Of a DNA stretch of 64,000 bases, positions 1 through 11,388 are shown one piece after another. Each line of letters starts with the position of its first letter. The stretch's first letter is position 1. The notes below the pieces were generated by a model that saw nothing but the letters and a program-made list of their open reading frames with translations, made no database searches and was not told the DNA's origin. The DNA is taken from NCBI RefSeq assembly GCF_009914755.1, contig NC_060941.1; one strand, given 5' to 3'. The translations under genes and the position numbers were made by a program. The stretch comes from the human T2T-CHM13v2.0 reference genome, Homo sapiens.

Positions 1-844
1 ACAAATTATTGAAAATACTGAAAACGCTGAAGGGTACTTTGCAAACCCCCAGCTACAAAATGCCTTCTCCTTGGCACCCTCTTCACCTCCATTTTAAAAA
101 GAAGAGAAACATTTTTGATCAGAACAATGTCTGGAAAACCTTCTCCCCTGCCATTGAAATGCCTTTTTCCCCACAGTTGGTTTCTATGTCACACCATGGA
201 TCACTTCTTTTGCCCTCCTTCTTGTCTGTATTCATGTTGGCATCTTTCAATCTGCAGGAATCCATGCACTGTGTTTTATTGCTGAATATTTACCCCCAAA
301 GCTCTTCATCTTCCCAGAGGATGTATTTAATACTTTCAGTCTTACCAAATATGTCAATCAAACTGGGAACATGAGCATGTTTGAAAAATCACATCAACTT
401 CAGTCCAATATCCTATACCACTTTTATAGTTTTAAAGCAATCCATTCTACATCCATTTTTCTCTAAGTGATTCTGCTCTTGTTTTCTTTTCTCCTAAAGG
501 AAACTCTTAATAGCAAGAACATCTGTCTTGCTGTAGTTCAAGGCACTAAAAACACCTAGTGTATCAACAAAGACACCTGTGACCACATTGAGACATATCA
601 TGATCCATACAGAACCTAGGCTTTGGAAAGAACTGGGTTTTAGTCATTTGCATGTTACTTATTAGCCATGACAATCGTGAATTTTATCACTCCCTTTATA
701 TATATGTGTTTGTGTGTGTACATATGTGTATAAATGCATGTATACTCATACATATGTGTGTCTGTGGTTTTTGAACAATACACACATATATGTTTGAGTG
801 TGTGTATATATATACACACATTATATTAATATACATAAATATAT

Positions 845-1040
845 ACACACACGTATGGTTTTCTGGAGCTTGTTTATATCAATCAACACTATGTTAGTAA
901 GATTCATCCATGCTATTGCATGTCGCCATTTTCCAGTCATCTTCACAGTATAATATCCCATTGGGTGAATATACCACAATTTAATTGTCCATTGATGGGC
1001 ACTTGGATTGTTTGTCCTTCGAATTCTGCATCTTATGTAT
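845..1040 (-). mobile_element. Old L1 (L1M) 3' fragment
   Basis: ..gattcatccatgctattgcatgt..ataccacaatttaattgtccattgatgggcacttggattgttt is typical antisense L1 3' sequence. Confidence 0.6.
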
Positions 1041-1146
1041 AGGTGAAAAAATAGGAGAGAATACATATTACTTCAAAGAATTGCTGTAATCCATATGAAA
1101 TGCTTAGTCCAGTGCTTGGCACAGAGGTTCAAAACCCTAGCCAACT

Positions 1147-1148
<2 letters not shown>

Positions 1149-1194
<46 letters not shown>
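1149..1194. repeat. (TG)n microsatellite at an Alu tail
   Basis: ~23 perfect TG units. Confidence 0.95.
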
Positions 1195-1197
<3 letters not shown>

Positions 1198-1473
1198 AGA
1201 CAGAATCTCTCTCTGTCGCCCAGGCTGGAGTGCAGTGAAGTGATCTTGGCTCACTGCAACCTCCTTCCAGATTCAAGCAATTCTCCTGCCTCAGCCTCCT
1301 AGTAGCTGGGACTACAGGCGTGCGCCACCATGACCAGCTAATTTTTGTATTTTTAGTAGAGATGCGGTTTCACCACGTTGGCCAGGCTGGTCTCGAACTC
1401 CTGACCTCAGGTGATTCACCCACCTCGGCCTCCCGAAGTGCTGGGATTATAGGCTTTAGCCACAGCATCCGGC
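1195..1473 (-). mobile_element. Alu (S-type)
   Basis: Full antisense Alu; TSD t(a/g)gccaactcc at 1138-1148 and 1474-1484. Confidence 0.93.
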
Positions 1474-1600
1474 TGGCCAACTCCCCTCTTGACTCTGGAA
1501 GGAGACAATGATAAATCCCAATGGCTTGATGAGACAGTAACTCCAACACCAATGTGATTAAGTTTTGCTTTTGACTTTCTCCCTCTGCCATAGTCTGACC

Positions 1601-1814
1601 CAGTGGTTCTCAAACAGGGGTGATTTTTGCACTCCCAGGCAATGTTTGGCAATGTCTGGAGACATTTGTGATCATCACCCTCAAAGGATGCTACTAGAAT
1701 CTGGTTCATAGAGGCCAGGGATGCTGCTTAACATCCTATAATTCACAGGACAGCCTTTACAACAAAGAATCGCCCAGCCCAAAATGTCAATAATGCTGAA
1801 GTTGAGAAGCCCTG
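1601..1814. mobile_element. MER20 (hAT) DNA transposon
   Basis: cagtggttctcaa...ttgagaagccctg terminal inverted repeats; MER20-like interior. Confidence 0.8.
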
Positions 1815-2199
1815 GTCGACCCTCACACTGTGCTCATGATGACTCAAGCTGCCCCTTGAGGACAAGGAATAGGCCTCCATTCTGTGCACTAAGTGTAGGG
1901 AGTGACTGCTTTGAAGAGACTCTGTCCTTGGATTTTGTAAGATACAGAATTTATCCTATGAGTGTCTTGGAGGAAGTAGGAGAACATAAACAAAATTCTC
2001 ACACGAGAAATCCAAGTTACCCAACCTTCTTTGTTGTAAGTATGATCCCTGATCCCCACTTGTTTTTCTTCCTGTGGACCCAAAAACAATTGGCTTCCTT
2101 TCCTCCCCAGTCTCTCTATATCCAGAACCATGTTCTTCCATTGAGTTCTCCACACCAACCAAGGCCAGAGGGATGTTCCAAAACCAGTGCTCTTCCTGT

Positions 2200-2730
2200 C
2201 ACCTCCTTGCATGCAGCCCCTTGATGCTTTCATGTCAGCCCTGCATCAAACCGAAATACCTCTGTCTAGCATGCAAGACCCCACATAGACAGATCACTGT
2301 CTACGACCTGACCTCATGGCTCATTCCTCAAAGAACAACTCTCCCATGCCTCACCTAATGAACAATTTGCCCTCAAGCCCCATTCACTTGTACAAGTCTC
2401 CTTTGCCTAGAAAGTTTTTCCTTTCCTGTTTGTAACTGGTTAATTCCTACTCATACTGAAAGACTCGATGCCAGTATCACATTCTCCAATAATTCTTTCC
2501 TTGTTCCCCAACTATGCTCTGCTGAGTTCATGGTGCTCTATGCTTATCTCCAAGTACTTGGCACAAAGGAATGTCATAATTGTCTTGCTGCCCACCAGAG
2601 AGTGAGTTTCTTGAGAACAAAGACTGAGACTTCTTATGTTTATTCTTAGAGCTAAACACAGTCCCTGGCACCTAGCTGCTGTCTAATAATGCCAGAGGGA
2701 TGGGTGGGTGGATGGATGGTTGAATGGAGC
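2200..2730 (-). mobile_element. L2 fragment
   Basis: Degenerate L2 3' end (..aacacagtccctggcacc..ggatggatggttgaatgga). Confidence 0.55.
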
Positions 2731-2818
2731 TGCTGTTAAAGAAGAAGCAAGTCACTGATGAGACTATGGCATTAATGGAAGAGCAAGGAGAACAGCAAGT
2801 TGCTTCAGCTTAGCCACC

Positions 2819-2824
2819 TTTATT
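2819..2824 (-). terminator. Candidate polyadenylation signal of KRTAP16-1
   Basis: First AATAAA (minus) downstream of the stop codon, ~380 nt away. Confidence 0.6.
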
Positions 2825-3203
2825 GGACAGTTACATATTTTACCTGATTGGAGAAGTCCCTAAGGAACACAAGCATGCATAGCAAGGGAGCACATACATG
2901 ATGACAGAAAAAACTACATGCAGGAAAGAGACCCGAGATGATGTGGCAAAGCAGCTCTTCTCAGCTTAATCGTAGCAGAAGACAAGAACCTGGAATGTCT
3001 CCCTCTCACTGTCCAGAAGGCCTTCATTTAAGTGATCAGGATACTGACATTTCTGATGAGTTCTTTGAGGGGTAAGCCGATTGTGAGTAACAATGCAGAA
3101 AGAAAGAGCTCCTAGCTAAGTCATAATGAGCTTTGGGGAGGACAGTGCAGTTTTGTCTCTAGCTGGTGGCTTGACTTGCAAGAATTGGGGGGCTGAAGCC
3201 AAT

Positions 3204-4757
3204 TTAGCAGTTGGCAGGCTTGCTGGCAGCAGGCTGAGCTGCTGCGGCCTCACGGGTGGTTGGGCTGATGGGTTTGGCTTCAGTGGGCTGGCAGGGAGCC
3301 TCTTCTGAGACATCCACCTTGCAGGGGGTTGTGTCAACACAATCCAGTTGGCTGGAAGTGGATTTTTTGCAATCCCGTTTGCAAGAGTCAGACTCAGTGC
3401 AAGATGGGCGGAAGTAGACTGGGCGGCAAGAGTAGGAAGTGACACAGGCTGGGCGGCGCAGGATGGAGTAGCATGGGCGATAGCAGGCAGGACGGTAGGA
3501 GATGGATGTCATGTATGGCTGCCTATAGGTGAGGAGTCCAGAGCAGATTGGGCGGCAGATCGGACGGGAGACCGGGCGGTAGGAAATCGTAGCACTGCAA
3601 GGCCGTTTGCTGGAACTGGGTATGTAGAAAGTCCCAGGACAAGTTGGTCGGCAGATGGCAGATGCAGAAGACCCTGGACTGCAGGAAAGAGGTCGGCAGG
3701 AGGTAGATGGGCAGGAAACTGGCTCAGGGCAGACAGAAGGACAGCGCTTGACTACATAGCAAGTAGGTTGGCATGGACTGGACACACAGACAGCTGGTGA
3801 GCAGGGGCTGGGCTCAGAGCAGATGGGTTGGCAGATACTGGAGACACAACAAGAAGGCTCTTGGCAAGTGCTGGGGACAGAAGGTGGCTCGCACGAGCTC
3901 TGAACACAGCAGACAGGGCGGAGGCAAACTGGCTCACAGACCAGAGCCACACACGTAGCTGGCTGGCAGATGCTAGACTCTGAGCAACTTGGCTCACAAG
4001 GGCTGGGGTCACAGCAGACAGCCTGGCAGCTACTGGTCACAGAGCAGGTAGGTGTCGGGCACACCGGCTGACAGCAGGAAGGCTCACAGACCACAGGTTG
4101 GCAGGAACTAGGCAGGGTGCAGACAGCTGAACAGCAGCTGGGCTCACAGACAACTGGCTGGCAGCAGCTGGATTTGCAGAGGACAGGCTGGCAGGAAGTG
4201 GGCACACAGAGGACTGGTTGGCAGGAAGTGGCTTCAGAGCCTACAGGCTGGCAGCAGCTGCTCACGGAGCAAGAAGGCTCACAAATAGCAGGCTCACAGC
4301 ACACAGGTTGAGCACAGCTGCTCACGGAACAAGAAGGCTCACAAACGGTGGCCTCAAAGCACACAGGTTGGCAGCAGTTGCTCACTGAGCAAGAAGGCTC
4401 ACAGATGGTGGCCTCGAAGCACACAGGTTGGTAGCAGTTGCTCACAGAGCAAGAAGGCTCACAGGTGGTGGCCTCACAGCACACGGGTTGGCAGCCGCTG
4501 CTCACGGAGCAAGAAGGCTCACAAATGACAGGATCACAGCACAGGGGTTGGGCACAGCTACTCACAGGACAGGAGGGCTGACGGCACTGTGGCCCACAGC
4601 TGGATGATCCACAGCTGTCTTGACAAGTCACCAGCTGCCATGTCTGGCTCTGGCAGGAACTGGGCAGGCAGATGGGGCCTCCACAGCTCACCTCAGTGGA
4701 GCAGAGAGAGGTGGCTGGCACGGAGAAGCATTTCCTAGAAGAGCAACTGCCAGACAT
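3204..4757 (-). CDS. KRTAP16-1: Keratin-associated protein 16-1, single exon, 517 aa, high-sulfur
   Basis: Cys/Pro/Ser-rich ORF MSGSCSSRKCFSVPATSLCS...AASKPANC*. The true start is the Kozak ATG (ACCATGT) at 4757; the ORF track's start at 4835 is a GTG beside the TATA box. TATAAAA at 4836-4842 and AATAAA at 2819-2824. Confidence 0.95.
   Translation of the reverse strand: MSGSCSSRKCFSVPATSLCSTEVSCGGPICLPSSCQSQTWQLVTCQDSCGSSSCGPQCRQPSCPVSSCAQPLCCDPVICEPSCSVSSGCQPVCCEATTCEPSCSVSNCYQPVCFEATICEPSCSVSNCCQPVCFEATVCEPSCSVSSCAQPVCCEPAICEPSCSVSSCCQPVGSEATSCQPVLCVPTSCQPVLCKSSCCQPVVCEPSCCSAVCTLPSSCQPVVCEPSCCQPVCPTPTCSVTSSCQAVCCDPSPCEPSCSESSICQPATCVALVCEPVCLRPVCCVQSSCEPPSVPSTCQEPSCCVSSICQPICSEPSPCSPAVCVSSPCQPTCYVVKRCPSVCPEPVSCPSTSCRPLSCSPGSSASAICRPTCPGTFYIPSSSKRPCSATISYRPVSRPICRPICSGLLTYRQPYMTSISYRPACYRPCYSILRRPACVTSYSCRPVYFRPSCTESDSCKRDCKKSTSSQLDCVDTTPCKVDVSEEAPCQPTEAKPISPTTREAAAAQPAASKPANC
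4231..4570 (-). repeat. 60-nt (20-aa) coding tandem repeat in KRTAP16-1
   Basis: Consecutive 60-nt lines begin ctcac..aagaaggctcaca; unit CEPSCSVSxCxQPVCxEA/Pxx, ~5.5 copies. Confidence 0.9.
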
Positions 4758-4835
4758 GGTGGAGGTGGCCGTGCTTCCTTGTGCTGAGTGCTGAGAGGTT
4801 GCTGCCTCACTGTGACAGCTCCCTGAGGCCCTCAC

Positions 4836-4970
4836 TTTTATACCCCCTCACTGGCGTGTTCTGTTTGGGACTCCTGCATCTTTTCCTCATTGTTGTTTGG
4901 GCCAGTTTGCAGAGGAACATCTTATTATACCACCGTTTGTTGATCTGGAAGCTGTTTATCTACCCGTAAA
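4836..4970 (-). promoter_or_regulatory. KRTAP16-1 proximal promoter (TATA box; HOX13-like site)
   Basis: TATAAAA (minus) at 4836-4842, ~80 nt above the ATG; CCCGTAAA at 4963-4970. Confidence 0.7.
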
Positions 4971-5282
4971 GAAGGTGTTTATTTATTGATGTGCTAAATT
5001 TGGAATCCTCAGAGCTACAGGTAGTCTTGGAAGAAGCATCCTCACCTCCAAACTGGATAATCTATATTTCTGAGCATTGTGAACAGGGAAAGAAGAATGA
5101 AACTTATGATTTATCCACCTTCTAGTCTTCCATACAGGGCCCTGGGTTGGATTCAGAGGATGCCACAGGAATAAGACCTATTCACCCATTCTCTTGGATC
5201 TCGCCTTCTAGTGGGCAGATAAGCATGCAGACAAACTCACTGCAATACAATAATAAGTTCAACAATAGACATACAGAGATTA

Positions 5283-5710
<428 letters not shown>

Positions 5711-5712
<2 letters not shown>

Positions 5713-5845
5713 AAAAAGAAAAAGAAAAAAAAGGAAGGAAGGAAGGAAAGAAGGAAGGAAGGAATGAAGGAAGGAAAGAAGGAAAGAAGGAAGGAAGGAA
5801 GAAAGAAGGAAATAAAGAAAGAAAAGAAAGAAAGAAGAAAGAAAA

Positions 5846-5901
<56 letters not shown>

Positions 5902-5923
5902 GAAAGAAAGAAAGAAAGAAGGA

Positions 5924-5975
<52 letters not shown>

Positions 5976-6000
5976 AAAGAAAGAAAGAAAGAGAAAGAAA
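5711..6000 (+). repeat. (GGAA)n/(GAAA)n polypurine tract
   Basis: ~290 nt, almost purine-only. Confidence 0.95.
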
Positions 6001-6806
6001 TGAAGAAATGGGGGCAGAGGGTCAGAAAGTTTCAGTCACTTGCTAAAGATCACACACAGTCTGTCCCTGATCTAAGGCGGCTGTCCCTCCTTCTCACCAA
6101 CCTGTCTAGACCTACCTTTCTCAGAAGACTTCATCAAAGTCACATATCGCCAGCTTAGCCCACCGCTGTCCTCCATGCTATCCCATGAACATAGAACATT
6201 GGCTTGACCTGTTCCTGGAAATCATGTGACCCAGCCTTTCTGCTCTTCCTCAAGCATTCATTAGACCTCCAGGGTCTTCCTTGCTTTTAATGATTTTGAC
6301 AGTTCCTTTAAAAAAAAAAAATCTCCAAGACCCAAAGGGTAAATAGTAAAAACAAGAGACTTCTCAGGTGTGTCTCTCAAAGACTTTGTGAACAAAAGAC
6401 TCGTCTTTGCTACTCTTGAGACAGATGAAGGGAGAAATGAATCCTAGGTTTCTGAATTCCAGGACTTAACATCTTGCTCAGTGAAGGGCCTAGTTTGCCT
6501 CCACCATGTGTTTTCATCAACACAAAAGGCAGGCTCTCGCTTGGAAAAGCTGAGCCATTCTGCCATCCATTGTGCCATCCATTCATCCCTCCCTTCATTT
6601 ATTAATTCATGCAATCATTGACTCAGTTTCTCTTTTATTTATGCACTCAACTCAGCCAACACTGGGTTCTGTGTGATAGATACAAAAAGAGTGAGTTGTA
6701 ATTCTGGCCACAAGGAGCCCAAGTTTAGAAGAGAGATAGACACATCTATAAGCAAGTATGGTACAGAATGCAAGTGTTGTGAAAGAGGGATGCAGGGGGT
6801 GGATGC

Positions 6807-6941
6807 AGCAGAGAGAGATAGCTGGTATGGAGAGGCATTTCCTAGAACAGCATCTGCCAGACATGGTAGAGGTGGCCATGCTTCCTGTGAGTGCTGAGAG
6901 GTCACTGCCTGACTGTGACAGCTCCCCGAGGCCCTCACTTT
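6807..6941 (-). pseudogene. Truncated copy of the KRTAP16-1 5' UTR plus first ~19 codons
   Basis: Colinear with 4700-4838 (e.g. gcatttcctagaa..gccagacatggt..aggtggcc..ctgtgacagctccc.gaggccctcacttt); translates MSGRCCSRKCLSIPAISLC versus MSGSCSSRKCFSVPATSLC. Confidence 0.85.
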
Positions 6942-6978
6942 GGAGGCACCCAGGAGAGATATTGACATGGTTTTTGGA

Positions 6979-7266
6979 GGCTGGGCATGGTGGCTCACAC
7001 CTGTAATCCCAACACTTTGAGAGGCTGAGGTGAGTGTATCACTTGAGGTCAGGAGTTCGAGACAAGCCGGGCCAACATGGAGAAACCCTGTCCCTACTAA
7101 AAATACAAAAATTAGCTGGGCATGCTGACATGTGCCTGTAATTCCAGCTGCACTTGGGAGGCTGAGGCAGGAGAATTGCTTGAACCCGGGAGGCAGAGGT
7201 TGCAGTGAGCCAAGATGGCACTATGGGTGACAGAGCGAGACTCTGTCCCAAAGGAAAATTTTTAAA
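6979..7266 (+). mobile_element. Alu
   Basis: Alu consensus; TSD gacatggtttttgg. Confidence 0.92.
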
Positions 7267-8559
7267 AGGACATGGTTTTTGGGGAATTAGAGAAGCCTTT
7301 TCAAGTAATATGAAGGCTCAAAGAGAGTGGACAAAAAGGGGGTCATAAAGGCAGGAAAAGGATAAGATGTGGAAATCAAAGACATAGAGCACATAACATT
7401 TGGGAAGCAGCAAATGGTTCAACATATCCAGGATGAAAAGCAGAGGGGATAGGAGGGAAAAGCAGTGGGGCTAGAGGGGTTACTAGGCACCCAATCATGA
7501 AAGGTCTTGTGGACCATGATTAAGAAGTTGTATTTTTTTAATGATAATGAGGGTTTAAGCAGGAGAGTAACTTGATCAGGGTTGCCCTTTCAGAAGGATG
7601 TGTCCCCTCTCTCTGGATGTGGAGAAGGGAGGTTGAGGGCAAGTCTGAAGGCAGGGAGACCATTAGGGGTCTGTGGCAATCACTTAGAAGTTTCATGGCA
7701 ACAACCTGAATTGGGCAGGTTCAGAGACCTGAGAGACGGGTCATGGTAGTTGAAAATGGAGGATTAGGAACAGGGAGTGCCATTCTTTTAAATGTGGCTC
7801 TCAAGCAGTGGGCAAAGAAGACTTTTGGACAGGCCTGCAGAGGCAAACACAGAGGAGATGCTGAGACCCTTCTCTTTTCCATTCACTTCTCTTCCTCAGC
7901 TAAACCAGCAGTGAATGGAAGTCCGCCCCACAAACAAATTTCTCATAAACTCTCTCAGCCAAGAAACTCATCCATTGTGCTGGAATGTCATCTCTTCGAA
8001 GAATCCTTCCCTGCTAAATGAAAAGGCAGGTCATTCAACTATGTAGCCCATTTCTACTTTATTCTTCTTTATGGCTCTTATCACCCCTTGACCTCATATA
8101 AGCACCATGAGGGCAAGGACCTTGTCTATTCACAGATGCATACCCAGCATCCAGAGCAGCAGCTGATACATTGGAGGCACACGATTAGCATTTATTGAGT
8201 GAATAAATGAGAACCTCTGTGGATAGCTAAGAAGGGCAAGCCTGTATCAGTAATTCAAAAATCACTACCGCCACACATGCATCCAGGAGGCATGACCGTG
8301 CGCAATAGAATAATCAGCTGCTCTGAATCACAACTACTCAGTGCAGATTCACTGGTCTCTGGACAAGTGTGTCCCATTGGCAGCTCCTGCTTTGGCGGTG
8401 GCTTTGTCTTAGGGGTTAAAGAGCCAGTTCCTAGGAAGCCAGTTCCAGCCAGAGTGAAAATGGCTCAAATAGTAGAGTCCGAAACTGAACCAAGGCAGAG
8501 TCAAATCTCAGGTTCTCTCCAAAAGAAGACATTAATAATACTGCTGGGTTCATAAATGA

Positions 8560-9310
8560 AAGAAAAAAATGAAAACACAATGAGCTACCACTATACACCT
8601 GCTGGAATGGCTAGAAATAAAAAGACTGATAATATTAAGTGTTACCAAGGACATAGACACTGGAACTCTCAGACATTGCTGGTTGGAATACAAAATGCTG
8701 TGGCCACTTTGCAAAACAACTCGGCAGTTTCACATAAGGTTAAGCATTCACTTACCATTTAAACAGCCATCCAATTGCTAAGTATTTATCCAAAACAAAG
8801 CATATGTTCACCAAAAAAAAAAAATTGTACGAGAATGCTCATAGCAGCTTCATTCATAATAGCCAGAAACACAAAAGAATCCAAATGCCCATAAGTAGGT
8901 GAATATATTTTTAATGTAGTTTATCTGTATAATGGGATGCCATTCAGTAGAAAAAAAAATGAATTATTGATACCTGCAACAATGAACAGATACAAAACAT
9001 GATAGGCAAAATGAAAAATAGTGCATACTGCATGATTTCTTTTATATGAAATTCTAGACATGGTGAAATCTGTAGTAACATAAAGAACAGGTTGATGGTT
9101 GCCAGGGTCTGGGGGTGGGGGAAGAACTGACTGCAAAGACAAACTGGGAATTTTGGGGGTGATGGAAAGTTCCATAAAGATCTTGAGTGCAGTGGTGGTT
9201 ACATAAGTATACACGAATGTCAGATCACATCATACTGTTCACTAAAAATGGGAACTTTTTATTATATGTAAATTATATTTCAATAAAGTTGACCATAAAA
9301 AATGAAACAA
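8560..9310 (+). mobile_element. Old L1 (L1MB/MC-like) 3' fragment
   Basis: L1 ORF2 end and 3' UTR motifs, ending in tcaataaag. Confidence 0.7.
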
Positions 9311-10182
9311 AAAAATTTTTTAAAGAAAAAGGTAAAAGCAACATAATCCCAGTTTTATTCATAACTATGCTTAGAAAACAGTCTGGAAAGCTTATCAGTA
9401 ATAGACTCTGAGTGGTGAGCCTTCGAATGCTATATTCTTTATATGTTTCTGTATTTTTTCATTTTTTAGAGTTCATTGCTATGCTTATAATCAGAAAAAA
9501 ATTTTTCTTTGTCAAATGAAACATCGCTTTGTAGGCATAAAAATAAATACTATTTTTCCAGGGCAAGAGCAAAATTAGTTTTATTACACACACAGCTTAA
9601 GGTCACTTTCAACAAAAGGTTGATCAACTGTCTTTTGAGTTTTAACCTCCCAGGTGGACCCACACACCTTGGCTGGGCCCTACCTAGCAGAGGTATACTC
9701 ACTCCCTCCTCCTTAGAACTCAGGCAGAAGAAACGTAGCTGGTTCCAGGTAAGACAACCTAGCACAGAAAAGTGAGACTGGACCAAGCATGAGGCTGGAA
9801 GAAGGAACTGTACTGCGCAGAACATCCTCAGAAACTGTGAATTCACTAGCTTTGCCATTAGAAATCCTTTCCATTCAGAACCAATCTTGTTTTACCAAAG
9901 CCTCCTTTCCGACTTTGCCAGAAAGTTCTGATCAAGCCTGAAGCCCTCCTGCAGAACCATCCTAGGAGAGCTGTAGTGCAGAAGAAAGCCATGCCCCTCA
10001 ATCACCATTAAATGTGGCCAGCATCAGCATTCACCCAGGAGCTTTTAAAAATGCAGGTCCCTAGGGACTCTAGGCCCTAGAGCTAACGGGTAAAATCTCC
10101 AGTGATAAAACCCAATGATCTATATTTTTAAAAGCTTTTCAAGTGAATCTCATGCAGCACACGGAAGCTTCCGTCTAGATCT

Positions 10183-10370
10183 ATGGTTCTCAAACTTCAG
10201 TGCATAAGAATTATCTAAGGTTCTTGTTAAAAACACAGATTCCCAGGCCACACTTTGGTGGATTCTGATTCTGTATGTCTTAGGGAGGGCCTCAGAGTCT
10301 CCAGTTTTAACAAGCTCCCAGGTGATTCCGACGCAGGTGATCCAAAAACCACAATTCAAAAACCCTAAGG
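10183..10370. mobile_element. MER5A-like hAT element
   Basis: ggttctcaaactt..gattctgattc..ttttaacaagctcccaggtgattc. Confidence 0.7.
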
Positions 10371-10463
10371 CAGATGCCAGAGTGAATTTTTCTAACCCAG
10401 TCCTCAGCAGGGAGGTCAAGGAAGAGGCAAGAGAACTAATTAGGTTATGCCAGCATGCTCAAA

Positions 10464-10469
10464 TTTATT
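10464..10469 (-). terminator. Candidate polyadenylation signal of KRTAP17-1
   Basis: AATAAA (minus) ~390 nt past the stop codon. Confidence 0.65.
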
Positions 10470-10860
10470 AAGAGGCTCACAAAGAAGATGGACCTTTTTT
10501 GCATCTCAAAGCTGCAGAAAGCCAGGGCGGAGGATCAGTCCCAAAGACACCTTGAAGAAGAGGATGTCTTATAGTACAAGACATTGAACTTCATGTGAAT
10601 AAGTAAAGTATTGGGGATTCACCCTTGAGCTTGGGATCACTTAGTTGTGACCGAGTTTTAATGTTTCATCAGAGTATGGCTCTTGTTCTCGGTGCCTTGA
10701 AATACCAGAGAAGGTGTTGGAGAACAAGCCCTCCTCTACAAATCACAGAAAGACAAGACACTGTCTTGGGGGTATGGAAGGTTCTGGACACGAGGGGCTG
10801 TCCCCCTGGAGCAGATGGAGGCTTTCGGTGGGACTGCATCAGTGGTGGAGGGAAAGGTCT

Positions 10861-11178
10861 TCATTTTGTGTCGCATATAGGTGTGGGCTGGCAGCACACA
10901 GGCCCACAGCACCCGGAGCCGCAGCAACTGGACCCACAGCAACTGGATCCACAGCAGCCACCCCCGCAGCCTCCGCAGCCTCCACAGCCTCCGCAGCCAG
11001 ATCCACAGCAAGACGATCCGCAGCAGCTGCCCCCGCAGCCAGAGCCCCCGCAGCCAGAGCCCCCACAGCCACAGCAGGAGCCGCAGCAGCCACAGCAGCC
11101 CGGCTGACAGCAGCACTCTTCACAGCAGTTTTGCTCCTGGGTGCAGCAGGTGAAGCAGTCCCCCGGGCAGCACCCCAT
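10861..11178 (-). CDS. KRTAP17-1: Keratin-associated protein 17-1, single exon, 105 aa, Cys/Gly-rich
   Basis: MGCCPGDCFTCCTQEQNCCEECCCQPGCCG...CCQPTPICDTK*; Kozak ACCATGG; TATA upstream and AATAAA downstream. Confidence 0.96.
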   Translation of the reverse strand: MGCCPGDCFTCCTQEQNCCEECCCQPGCCGCCGSCCGCGGSGCGGSGCGGSCCGSSCCGSGCGGCGGCGGCGGGCCGSSCCGSSCCGSGCCGPVCCQPTPICDTK

Positions 11179-11260
11179 GGTCCGGGCCCGTCAGCTCGCA
11201 GGTCGGTAACGCAGCCGGAGTTCCCCACGACTGACGGTGGCCAGCCATCTGGATGGCAGC

Positions 11261-11388
11261 TTTTATATCCCCTCACCCAGGCATGAGGGACGGGATGTTT
11301 TCTTTGTTATTATTTATGCAAGTTTCCATAAGACCGGCTCATTAACTGGCTGTTTATTTTCCAGTCCTGAGTACCTCAACTCATAAAA
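11261..11388 (-). promoter_or_regulatory. KRTAP17-1 proximal promoter (TATA, LEF1/TCF-like and HOX13-like sites)
   Basis: TATAAAA 11261-11267; CTTTGTT 11302-11308; TTTATG 11313-11318; CTCATAAAA 11380-11388. Confidence 0.7.

Larger units (their letters stand above)
6575..7720 (+). mobile_element. L2 fragment, interrupted by the KRTAP fragment and an Alu
   Basis: attcatt-type end motif, then degenerate L2 sequence (..gagggtttaagcaggagagtaac..gaaggcagggagaccattagg..). Confidence 0.55.

Noticed and set aside
4231-4570. Regular repeat-spacer appearance (CRISPR-like)
   Set aside because: A eukaryotic in-frame coding repeat whose variable parts are homologous to each other.
4758-4835. 26-aa N-terminal extension of KRTAP16-1 (543-aa ORF)
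   Set aside because: It starts at a GTG adjacent to the TATA box, upstream of the likely transcription start; the Kozak ATG is at 4757.
5764-6003. K/E/R-rich 79-aa ORF
   Set aside because: Translation of the (GAAA)n microsatellite.
10625-11286. Long overlapping ORFs in other frames and on the opposite strand of KRTAP17-1 (PQ-rich, Ala-rich, LW-rich)
   Set aside because: Shadow frames of stop-free GGC/TGC repeats.
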